Assembly (NCBI GenBank): GCA_040954595.2
Contig: CM082590.2
Span: 10,504,088 to 10,568,087, forward strand
Origin: Balanoglossus misakiensis
Lineage: Eukaryota; Animalia; Hemichordata
DNA: 64,000 nucleotides
Direction of reading: 5' to 3'
Positions 53,700 to 64,000 of the stretch are shown here, one piece after another. Below the pieces are notes generated by a model, which worked only from the letters and a program-made list of their open reading frames with translations, had not been told where the DNA came from and did not search any database. Position 1 is the stretch's first letter. Every line of letters starts with the position of its first letter. The translations under genes were made by a program, and so were the position numbers.

Positions 53700-53830
53700 A
53701 CTGTGACGTCAGAATGACACAGCGCCCTCTGTATGCTGATTAGTCATGATCACGTTTATGATGACGTCATTTTCCCCACAGCGCAGGGGCTTTTGCGCAT
53801 TCCAGGTACTTCCGGTTAGGGTATGTCGAC
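53700..53830 (+). promoter_or_regulatory. Putative CHMP5 promoter: two CREs, an ETS site and a CTCF-like site
   Basis: TGACGTCA 53704-53711 and 53762-53769; ACTTCCGG 53808-53815; CAGCGCCCTCTG 53720-53731; 130-240 bp upstream of the ATG. Confidence 0.5.
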
Positions 53831-53942
53831 ATTGGGTCGCTAATTCTACCGAAATTCAGCTGTTTTGGCTCAATTTAGCCACCGGTAACCCCACGTAAAG
53901 CTTTATTGGTTATTTTGTACTTGTGTGTATTGATATTTCGCC

Positions 53943-56900
53943 ATGAATCGCATATTTGGACGGTCAAAACCCAAGGAACCTCCTCCGAACTTGACTGACG
54001 TCATCTCCAATGTAAGTACTGTTCTGCTGTGTGTGTATATTTCTATCTGCGAGTTGTTATTTCCAGTTTCGAGTAGCATTTATTCTAAACGTACAGGCAG
54101 TTCCCCTTTGCGATAGTTAGTCCAGAAAGTACGCCTATATCTGGACACTCCACTTGTTACTGAAGTAAACAAACGCAGTACATGATGTGTCAACAAGATT
54201 GTTTACAAATAGTACAATGCTAAAATACTGTCACTTTCCGTTCGTTGGATCACAAAGTACCCAACCTAAAAACTGATGAAAGCACATTTGACCTCTTTCC
54301 TGCGAAATATGTAACTTGAAGGTAATTATCTAAATATTCCAATACTGGGAGTGAAATGTCGAAATTCTGTTTCCTGGTTTGTTGTTGTCTGTGACCTGAA
54401 AGCGACAAGATGTTTGTTTATTTTTTGTGTAAATTTCAGATGACGAAATGCTTTATTTCAAAGTGGTTTGACAGCATAAAGCACTGTCATTGTTATCTGA
54501 AGGTTAAGTCACAATCATGTGATGTGCTGTCTCACCAAGTTTACTTAATCTGAGGGGGGGGGGTGTTATTCTCATGAGGCATGACAATTGTAAACATATT
54601 TTGACTGACTTCTGCTATGTGATAACATAGTCAGTGATTCATTTGTCATGTGGTATTGCCACATGACTATGAGACCAGGTTGGAATCATCCTCATCTACA
54701 AATGTCACATGAAAATCAATCTGAAACTGACAATTTAACAAGTTAAACCCCGGTGCGGAAAGACTGGGGATTCGGATTAACGTGTGTTTGTATAGTTGTT
54801 TATTTGGGAGTGGTCGTCGTGCATAATGACTGTGTAATTGATCTCATGTACATTGAAAATAATTGAACACTTTATGCCTCAACGCGATTGACAGCTGTTT
54901 GAATGGCGTGGTTATTGTTTCCCAGGGACACTTCTGAAAAGCACTGAAACCAGATTTCTCCCAAAATCATCGTTGTTTCAAAAGCTCGTGTACTTTTTCG
55001 TCGATAACTTTATGTTGTGTGTGTTTATAAAGCCAACTACTGTCGTTGTGTGGTGTAATTCTTTATGCTTGGACCTGTTTGGGCCGAATTTCATAGAGCC
55101 AAGATCGTTGGTGTTGTCTGTTGTCAGTCAAACGGCATTAAGATTCGCCGCTGATTTTGGGGGGCCTTTTATACCCCGCACCGGGGTTTAACGATATAAT
55201 AGATGTAGAGTCAGGCTATGAAGAGATGTTGTCAATTTATTTCAAGGATTTATAATATTTCACTCTCTCGTTCTCCCGTTAGATCTTGTTGACATTGAAC
55301 GTTTATGTGATGAAAACCTTTTGTGAGGATGTACATTTATCTTGGGTGTTTTTAGAAGGCAAAATATCGCCATTTCTTGACATCATCAATAGTGACTTTA
55401 CACCAAGTGTCAGACTGTTGTTGGTAGACATTTGATGTGTCTTCTAACTTCTTCTCTAAGTGCTGTTGAAAAGATTTAGATTTGGGCGTCGATGAAGTTT
55501 TGTGAAACTGGTGATGAACCTTCGATTGTTGTTTGTCATTGGCAGGTTGATAGCAGGACAGAATCTATCGAGAAAAAAGTTGCAAAGTTAGACGCAGAAC
55601 TGAAAAAATACAAAGACCAGATGAAGAAAATGAGAGAAGGACCATCTAAGGTAATTATTTCATCAGATTAAAGATAAGCACAAATTGGAGTGAACATAAT
55701 CATGAAAATCGCCAAACAGGCCATGAGCATACTCATATGAAATCTACAAGATATTGACATCCAAAGTGACTATGCTAGAGTTTATTACAATTACCCCTTC
55801 ATCACCATGGCTCGGTCCAAATTTATTGTTTCTATGATACGGTTGGACCTCAAAAGAGGGAACTGGGGGTGAAAGGGGTAACTATGCGTTTCCTTCTGAT
55901 GTCATGCACTGTTTTAATCTCTGTCTTTGATCGTCTTCGTTACAGAATATGGTGAAACAGAAAGCGATGAGAGTGTTGAAACAGAAAAGAATGTAAGTAT
56001 CATTCTCTTTGCGTTTTGTGTCCAAATGTTCAGTCGAGCTGAGAGACATGGTCTAGACTCTTTTAAGGGGAAACTGAAGACTGACTTGTTTAAAACAGCC
56101 TACAGTGTGTGAACAACCATCGGGCGCCACTGAACAGTTCTCTGGATATTGGCGCCATAGAAATGTTTTTGATTGATTGATTGATTGAAGTTTGAGCTGC
56201 TAAGAAGGAATGCACTGACAGTCAATGCCAACACCAACCTTCGCCACCACAGAATGATGTGTCCCTCGTCTGGCAGATATATTGACGAGGTCCCTCACTA
56301 TGTTTCGCCTGTTATTTATGAAGTGATTTCCCCCCATAGGTATGAACAACAGATGGACAGTTTGAGACAACAATCGTTTAACATGGAACAAGCAAACTAT
56401 GCCACTCAAACGCTGAAAGACACCAAGTCCACAGTCGATGCGATGAAGATGGGGGTCAAGGAAATGAAGAAAGAATATAAAAAAGTCAACCTGGATCAAA
56501 TCGAGGTAAATAGTATATTTATACAAGAGAATGAGTATTTTCTGAAATTCGCAAAGGACCACTATCTGCAACTTTCGTCAATTGGTTTCAGTATTTGTAT
56601 TCCGTGTATTGATTATTGTTTCTCGTTCAGCTGCCTGAGGCATGGTTAAATATGCACTGTTACCCCTTTCACCACCATGGTTTAATCCAAAAGCATTGTT
56701 TCCTGTGGTAAGGTTGGACCTCTAAAGAGGGACACAAGGGTGAAAGGGTTAAACTTCTCATGTGTGATTAACATCCAGACTTGTATGCAATATGAATAAT
56801 ACCAAATTCATGGTTGACAGACATGTACATGGTGAGTTCACAAGCAGAAAAAAATGGCTGTGCTGGCATTATATAGGTAGATCAAGAGAATTTAGTTGCT

Positions 56901-58283
56901 ACATAAGAAAAGTTTGTAAGTTAGGGTAGTTGGAGAAATGAAAGGCGGTATAATCTCTACAACATTTCGTGAGTCGCTGGACTCGCGCATCAGGAGACTA
57001 AACTGTAACTTTATGTACCGCTCTGCTTTTGTATTGAGCACTTTGTATTGGACCAGTCGAACCGCGTACTTGGTATAAGAATAGTTTGTATGTGTGCTAC
57101 ATGTGCAAATGCTACAGACTATTGACCCTTGGCCCTTTGTTGACATAGGATCTACAAGATGAAATGGAAGACATGCTGGAACAAGCAAATGAAGTCCAGG
57201 AAACATTGGGAAGAAGTTACGGAATGCCGGAACTAGATGAAGATGAACTTGAAGCAGGTGGGTCACCTTGAGTGATTTTATCAATTAAGTACACATCATT
57301 TGAGTTTGCTTCTCGCTTAGGCAAAAGCTAATTCTTTGGAGTTTGCGTCTGATATTAGGTTTTTAAGAAACGCAGTTTTCTTGTAGAAATTTTCCACAAC
57401 AGTTTTGTGTCAAAAAATATGTCATGACTTTTATATTATGTCAATATACTTGTGTATGCTGTGATATTTACAACCAATGAAATGAATGGTATTAATTGTT
57501 CATGATTCACATATGGAAAAGGGGAACTTATTTCACAGAACTAATTTGGTCAAAATTGTTTTGCAGAATTGGATGCTCTTGGGGATGAGATTGGACTTGA
57601 TGATGATGCGTCATATCTTGATGAAGCAGTCAACGCACCAGCAGCACCCGAAACAGTGCCTGGAGCAGACAGTGTGGCTACAAATAAGGTAAGATTTTTC
57701 TTGAAATGATACATTTTTTATGACTTTGTTGGCCCAGAGCTACTTTACATTATTCATTTATTGTCAAAAGTAGCTGTTCACGTACTCATTAAATTGGGGG
57801 TGGGGGAGTCTTGTAAAAATTATCTTTCATTGTGACTTTCAAAATGGCCGCCAACTTTGAGGTTCAAAATGGCCGCCAACATCTGTGCTTAGTCTATGGC
57901 ATTCAAAATGGCTGCCACATTTAGTGACTTCCTTGTGTGTCCAGTACACATTATCCAAATATGGGAGACAGCCGTTTAAAAATTATGGGAGACACGCTTA
58001 AACCAGTGATATTTTCAGGTCATGATTTTTAAACTCCATTAGAAATAGTGTTTGATGGTGGACAGTTTAAATATCTTACTCCATGCTTTTTTGAACAGGT
58101 TAAAAATCTTTTAGTGGATATACCTGTTATTTGTACGCCAATTGTCATGGACTCTTTACATAACAAGAGACATGAATTTGTTAAGAATAATTTTACTGTT
58201 AGAATCATATTTCCATTTTACACTTTTTACAGGATGGTGTTCCGGTGGACGAGTTTGGCCTTCCGCAGATTCCAGCACAGTGA
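53943..58283 (+). CDS. CHMP5: Charged multivesicular body protein 5 (ESCRT-III, Vps60), 7 exons
   Basis: Exons 53943-54011, 55546-55650, 55946-55992, 56340-56505, 57149-57257, 57567-57688, 58233-58283 join in frame: [19 protein letters not shown]...[20 protein letters not shown]...[16 protein letters not shown]. Confidence 0.97.
55791..55881 (-). mobile_element. piggyBac-like MITE, copy 4 (CHMP5 intron 2)
   Basis: Reverse orientation of the 28889 family. Confidence 0.7.
56051..56187 (+). mobile_element. ~135-bp 3' end of the LINE with (ATTG)n tail, CHMP5 intron 3
   Basis: Near-identical reverse complement of ~59768-59903; encodes [19 protein letters not shown]. Confidence 0.9.
56660..56752 (-). 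mobile_element. piggyBac-like MITE, copy 5 (CHMP5 intron 4)
   Basis: ttacccctttcaccaccatgg ... gggtgaaagggttaa. Confidence 0.75.
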
Positions 58284-58440
58284 AGGATTCCGTCAAGCGC
58301 CACAGTTTAATGTAAATACTTTACTAGACTTTTATTGAAAGAGTGTACTAATGTGTAATAAAGCGAGTTTTTCACTAAAATAGTCTGTACTTTGTTGCGT
58401 GATGAATTGAAGTCAATACCATCTGGTATTGACACCACTT

Positions 58441-58944
58441 TAATTCATCACACAACAAAGTATGGACACTTTCAGTGAAATAGTCTCTTTATTACACATT
58501 GATTGATCTCAATTATTAATAGATATAACACTGACTGTTGTACATGTGACCAGTAGTCTGCTTTTAAGGATCAAAATTGATTTCCATAAATACTTAACTA
58601 TATTGAAACAGTTTCTGAAATGGTTTTGTAAATACAAGTTTCAGATTTTTGTGAGTAATTGGTTCTATGGCGTAAGAGTCAATATATAATTTCCATAAAT
58701 ACTTAACTCTTACGCCATAGAACCAATTACTCACAAAAATCTGAAACTTGTATTTACAAAACCATTTCAGAAACTGTTTCAATATAGTTAAGTATTTATG
58801 GAAATCAATTTTGATCCTTAAAAGCAGACTACTGGTCACATGTACAACAGTCAGTGTTATATCTATTAATAATTGAGATCAATCAATGTGTAATAAAGAG
58901 AATATTTCACAAAAAGTGTCCATACTTTGTTGCGTGATGAATTA
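58441..58944. repeat. Long palindrome: 239-bp inverted arms, 26-bp spacer
   Basis: 58441-58679 is the reverse complement of 58706-58944; about 4 mismatches by eye, all in the outer ~45 bp. Confidence 0.95.
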
Positions 58945-59314
58945 CCTCTAGTACTATACTATAGAGAATTGTTAAAAAAAAATTAAAAATTTTTTTTTTA
59001 ATAAAAACCCCCCGCACTCGTCTCGCGGTCGGACGCCACTGGCAAGCCAGTGACGAGGCTAGTGATCTGTATCCAGTGACACAGTCAGCAATTGGATTGC
59101 TACTAGCCTAAGGGGTGCCCGACCGCGAGCCTAATGCGCTCCTGAGGGCATGGAATTGACACACAGCGGGATTAGAACCCGCGCTTACACTAGCTGTCCG
59201 TTCAGCCCATGTGTATACCAGCAGAACACTGATCTATGTGTCTCCTCACGAAATACTATGTGAAATTAGTGGTACATAAAGATACAGTCAACAGTTTGTT
59301 TGAAAATTGAAGCT

Positions 59315-59397
59315 AAAAAACGATGTACCCACTCCGGGGTTTGAACTCAGGACCTGCCAGTTGGCAGTCCATACCTCTAACCACTAGGCCACGAGCT
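59315..59397 (-). pseudogene. tRNA-derived (pseudo-tRNA/SINE-head) Pol III cassette
   Basis: Minus strand: A box TGGCCTAGTGG, D-stem GCCT/AGGT, B box GAGTTCAAACC, then TTTTTT. Anticodon and T stems do not pair properly. Confidence 0.6.
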
Positions 59398-59767
59398 TAG
59401 TTATGTGGTGGAATTAAAATCTAACATATAACTATGACATCTTAACTTGTTTTTAAAAAAATGCTCGATCTCATTATAGCAAGTTTTTTTTAACTTACTA
59501 TAATGAGACCGAGCATTATTTTCGATCAATGAATTTAATAGGAACATTCATAGTTTTTACAATCGAAAGCACATATTTCATGGCTTTCAAAGACGTGGTA
59601 TGGGAAAAGCCAAAGCCCATAGACAGTGCACTCTGGAGAGTCGACTGCTGACCGCATCCGAGACTATAACTAGCACTGTACTACTCTTTGGAAAAAGATA
59701 AACAACGATTGTGTCATTGTCTAAACACTCTGTATATTTTACAATTGTAAATTATCAAACTGCATCA

Positions 59768-60692
59768 CAATCAATCAATCAATCAAAAACTTTTCTATGG
59801 CACCAATATCCAGAGAACTGTTCAGTGGCGCCCGATGGTTGTTCACACACTGTAGGCTGTTTTAAACAAGTCAGTCTTCAGTTTCCCCTTAAAAGAGTCT
59901 AGACTGGTAGCTAGACGAATGTCATCAGGTCTTGAGTTCCAGAGCTTTGGAGCAGCATAGGAAAATGCACGTCCTCCATAGTTGACTTGTTTGTAGTGTG
60001 TTATTGTCCGAAGGTTCTTTTCCCGAGTCCTTAAGCTGCGTGAAGGGGTATATCGATTAACCATGTCAGAAATGTACTCCGGGGTAAGGCCATGAATGGC
60101 CTTACATGTAAGAAGCAATATCTTGTAATCAATCCTGGCACAAACTGGTAGCCAATGCAGAGAGATGAGAGCGGGAGTGACATGTTCAAACTTCTTCGAC
60201 CGGGTGATGATTCTTGCTGCTGTATTTTGCGAGCGCTGAAGTAGATTAATTGCAGATTGAGGAAGACCAAACAGTAACGAATTGCAGTAATCAAGTTTGG
60301 TTGAAAGAACTGCATGAATTAAAGTACAACAATCCTTAGAAGACAGGTACTGACGTATTGATCCGATGCGTCGAAGATGAAAATAGATGGACTTGCAGGT
60401 ATTCTTGATGTGCTGGTTATACATATGGATACTATCGAAGACAACTCCCAGATTACGTGCTGTTGTTACTGGAGTGATAGATGTAGAGCCGATATTGATG
60501 GATGGAATAGGATCAGGAAGACGACTAAATTTTGAGCGAAGAACAAGGACTTCGGTTTTGTTGTCATTTAGTTGTACCTTCAGCGTCATCCATTCCTTTA
60601 TGTCACGGATACAGATCTCCAGAGCTTGAACGGCAGAGGTTGAATCTTGATGGGAAAAGGCGAGGTATAGCTGGTTATCATCGGCCTACTGA
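59768..60692 (-). mobile_element. 5'-truncated non-LTR retrotransposon (CR1/L2-group LINE), ORF2 RT C-terminus
   Basis: ORF 60589-59843 (LNDNKTEVL, RNLGVVFD, LDYCNSLL, HVTPALISLHWLP, RAFSYAAPKLWN). Upstream in frame Q*ADDNQLY is a YADD motif broken by a stop. (ATTG)n tail at 59768-59785. Confidence 0.92.
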
Positions 60693-61097
60693 TGAAATAA
60701 AAATGGTGTGAAGGTTAGAACAGCATGTAATTCACACAACCACTTTTATGGCATACTTGTTATCAAAAATCTAAGAATGTATGTTTCAAAATACCATAAC
60801 TATTTCTCAATTTGTATCATTGTCTCTTTGTATCAGAGAGTTGCAGATGAAGTCACCAGCTGCTGTGATTGAGAAGATGGAAATGATGTAAACAACCATG
60901 ATGGTGAAAATGTAGCATCATTATCAATAAATATATTTATAGTTGCGCTTTACTAATCAATTTAAAAGTAAGGATTCTGTCACTCAACAAATACAAAATT
61001 GATATTTAACCACATCAATGGCATATTAGTAAAAAAAACCCTCGAATGATGCAATGCAAAACCTGTTGAAACCTACACCATTGTTAAGAAACCATCA

Positions 61098-61535
61098 ACC
61101 AAATTTTACAGCTGATGTAGATTTCAATTGAAATATACATTGCATTCATGAATGGTACATTCAACATTGGTGTGTTAAGACATGGGCAGGTAGTTTGAGG
61201 TCAGATTCGCTGAAGTAGCACACGACAGAAGCAGATCAGAGTCTGACAGATAGACCATGGACAGACTGAGATAATTGTAAACATAAGCAGATAATAAACA
61301 ATCATTTCATACCAGTATCTTATTTCATTACTAGTCTTTTCAATAACAGTCACTTATCAAGAAAAGGAAAAGTCATGATGTGGCACCAAATATTTTACAG
61401 CTGATGTAGATTTCAAATGAAATATACATTGTACACATTTGTGTGTTAAGACATGGGCAGGTAGTTTGAGGTCAGATTCGCTGATGTAGCTCACGACAGA
61501 AACAGATCAGACTCAGATAATTGTAAACATAAGCA
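61098..61535. repeat. Local tandem duplication of ~150-190 bp, ~290 bp apart
   Basis: ttttacagctgatgtagatttcaa..gaaatatacattg...gtgttaagacatgggcaggtagtttgaggtcagattcgctga at ~61100-61290 and ~61390-61535. Confidence 0.9.
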
Positions 61536-61805
61536 ACAGTTATTGGCCGTTATTCTATCGATAACACATACAGTTTCGACAAATCTCGTCCAGTCTGACA
61601 GCAGAGGTGACGTACAGAGGTAGACACACAATGTATGAAGTAAACACGTGTAATTTGTATACAAGCTAGCTCGTCGATGTAACATCGATTCTCACCTTGA
61701 TTTATGTTCCCGGTCAAATATTCCGAAGATTTCTAACCTCTTACATCCAAGTAACACATATTACGCACAATCCCGGACGTCGCTTGGTTTAATTCGAAGA
61801 AATCT

Positions 61806-61924
61806 TCAAGCGTAGCCGTCGCCAAAGTTTCTCCGATACGATGCATGAAGCCCTAGATGGTTGACCCGAGTGACCTTGCAGCCTCGTCCGGTCAAATTCA
61901 TCAATGATTGGGATATTTCATGAT
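61806..61924 (-). CDS. Possible terminal coding exon of an unidentified gene starting beyond the window
   Basis: Acceptor ttttatttgtag then (x)HEISQSLMNLTGRGCKVTRVNHLGLHASYRRNFGDGYA*; GC/CpG-richer than flanks; no family recognised. Confidence 0.3.
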
Positions 61925-62164
61925 CTACAAATAAAATTTAGCATTAGATATTGTCCGCTTCACATCATACTATAATCTTTATCACTGCCATTTCATTATC
62001 ATCACAATTATCATTATATAGTCGTCATCACTATTCTCATCATCTCTATCATCATCTCCATGGTTACCATCATCCTCAAAATCGACTATATTCTCATCAG
62101 AAAAAAATATTCTAAATCTTAGAAAACAAAATTGTTACTGCTAAACCAGTACACACCACTAAAG

Positions 62165-62689
62165 TTCGGTAATATTTCATGTACCCCCACCTGTAAACTA
62201 CTGGAAAACCCTTAAATCCAACCTCTTCACTTTCTTGGCCGAAAAGGGCTTGTAGACCCTCAAATTCTAATAAAAACAAAAGAATTGAAAGATTGCCATC
62301 TGAGACTTTTAAACTGAAAAATCGGCCTCAAAACCTACTTTTTGCTTACATGTTATACATTGCCTGGGTTCGGACAAGCAATCTAAACACTTTAGCATAA
62401 AATCCGATTTTATTTGGTGGAAAACTAAGTGAAATATTGAGAAAAACCGCCAAAATTACCCCCGAAGTGAACAAGTCGTCGGCAAGATTTGCATGTATTT
62501 GCATGTATTTGCATATGCAGATATCAAGGCGAGTACTGCAAAAAAGGGAAGGGGGTGAACAAAGTAATTTTGATGACGGTAAAAAGAGGGCGCTCGTCCC
62601 GACCTTTAACCTCGTATATGCAGTTAAAAAAGAGTTTATCCTAATTCCTTTATTCAATTTAAATCATAAACTAATCAGTTGAGCAATAT
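62165..62689 (+). mobile_element. ~520-bp dispersed repeat core, copy 2
   Basis: Direct-orientation match to 51952-52466. Confidence 0.85.
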
Positions 62690-64000
62690 TTTTCAAAAAA
62701 TGAAGAAATTACGAAATTCCGCAAAGTCGAAAAATCGTCATATTTTGATGATTTTCATGAGCTATAACCCATGATTTTTTTCAAAAAATGACGAAATTTA
62801 GAAACTTCGCAAAGTCGAAAAATCGTCATTTTTGGATGATTTTCATTAGCTATAACCCATGATTTTTGTCAAAAATCGACCAAATTTCGAAAATTCGCAA
62901 AGTCGAAAAATTGTCATTTCTGGATGATTTTCATGAGCTATAACCCATGATTTTTGTCAAAAAATTACGAAATTTAGAAACTTCGCAAAGTCGAAAAATC
63001 GTCATTTTTGGATGATTTTCATGAGCTATAACCCATGATTTTTGTCAAAAATCGACCAAATTTCGAAAATTCCCAAAGTCCAAAAATTGTCATTTCTGGA
63101 TGATTTTCATGAGCTATAACCCATGATTTTTGTCAAAAATCAACCAAATTTCGACAATTCGCAAAGTCGAAAAATCGTCATTTTTGGATGATTTTCATGA
63201 GCTATAACCCATGATTTTTGTCAAAAATCGACCAAATTTCGACAATTCGCAAAGTCGAAAAATCGTCATTTCTGGATGATTTTCATGAGCTATAACCCAT
63301 GATTTTTGTCAAAAATCGACCAAATTTCGAAAATTCGCAAAGTCGAAAAATCGTCATTTTTGGATGATTTTCATGAGCTATAACCCATGATTTTTGTCAA
63401 AAATCGACCAAATTTCGAAAATTCGCAAAGTCGAAAAATTGTCATTTCTGGATGATTTTCATGAGCTATAACCCATGATTTTTGTCAAAAATCGACCAAA
63501 TTTCGACAATTCGCAAAGTCGAAAAATTTTCATTTCTGGATGATTTTCATGAGCTATAACCCATGATTTTTGTCAAAAATCGACCAAATTTCGTAAAATC
63601 GCAAAGTCGAAAAATTGTCATTTCTGGATGATTTTCATTAGCTATAACCCATGATTTTTGTCAAAAATCGACCAAATTTCGAAAATTCGCAAAGTCGAAA
63701 AATTGTCATTTCTGGATGATTTTCATTAGCTGTAACCCATGATTTTTGTCAAAAATCGACCAAATTTCGACAATTCGCAAAGTCGAAAAATCGTCATTTC
63801 TGGATGATTTTCATGAGCTATAACCCATGATTTTTGTCAAAAATCGACCAAATTTCGAAAATTCGCAAAGTCGAAAAATCGTCATTTTTGGATGATTTTC
63901 ATGAGCTATAACCCATGATTTTTGTCAAAAATCGACCAAATTTCGAAAATTCGCAAAGTCGAAAAATTGTCATTTCTGGATGATTTTCATGAGCTATAAC
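62690..64000 (+). repeat. 88-bp tandem satellite, ~15 copies, running off the window end
   Basis: Unit gatttttgtcaaaaatcgaccaaatttcgaaaattcgcaaagtcgaaaaatcgtcatttttggatgattttcatgagctataacccat starts at 63125, 63213, 63301 and 63389 (period 88). Confidence 0.97.

Noticed and set aside
58594-58839. 81-aa ORF in the palindrome
   Set aside because: By-product of an AT-rich inverted repeat with no coding features.
59325-59397. Functional tRNA-Gly(GCC)
   Set aside because: Anticodon, T and acceptor stems do not pair properly; kept only as a tRNA-derived cassette.
59843-60589. Active or domesticated reverse transcriptase gene
   Set aside because: 5'-truncated at the catalytic motif, with YADD changed to stop-ADD; an ordinary dead LINE copy.
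62690-64000. CRISPR-like regular array
   Set aside because: Units are contiguous and near-identical with no unique spacers, no cas genes, and the context is eukaryotic: it is a satellite.

Overview
AT-rich, intron-containing eukaryotic DNA. Gene content and repeat style suggest a marine invertebrate, possibly a deuterostome such as a hemichordate or echinoderm; this is inference only. All gene models were spliced by hand from GT-AG sites and reading phase. Seven genes are supported: an intronless rhodopsin-family GPCR (15191-16303 +), a 5-exon O-fucosyltransferase-family gene (-), a GPI-anchored Ly6/uPAR three-finger protein (+), an HLH + HMG-box + CW-zinc-finger protein resembling MEIOSIN/STRA8 (-), a 5-exon 72-aa secreted Gly/Thr/Ala-rich micro-protein absent from the ORF track (-), heme transporter HRG1/SLC48A1 (+) and CHMP5 (+). 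Repeats include a 5'-truncated CR1/L2-group LINE with a short inverted copy, five piggyBac-like MITEs, other MITEs, an 88-bp satellite tied to a dispersed ~520-bp core, a palindrome with 239-bp arms behind CHMP5, a tRNA-derived Pol III cassette, and microsatellites. The most interesting items are the HLH-HMG-CW architecture, the micro-exon secreted peptide, the CHMP5 3' palindrome, the duplicated HRG1 exon 2 and the satellite-armed element. No gene could be supported in the first ~15 kb.
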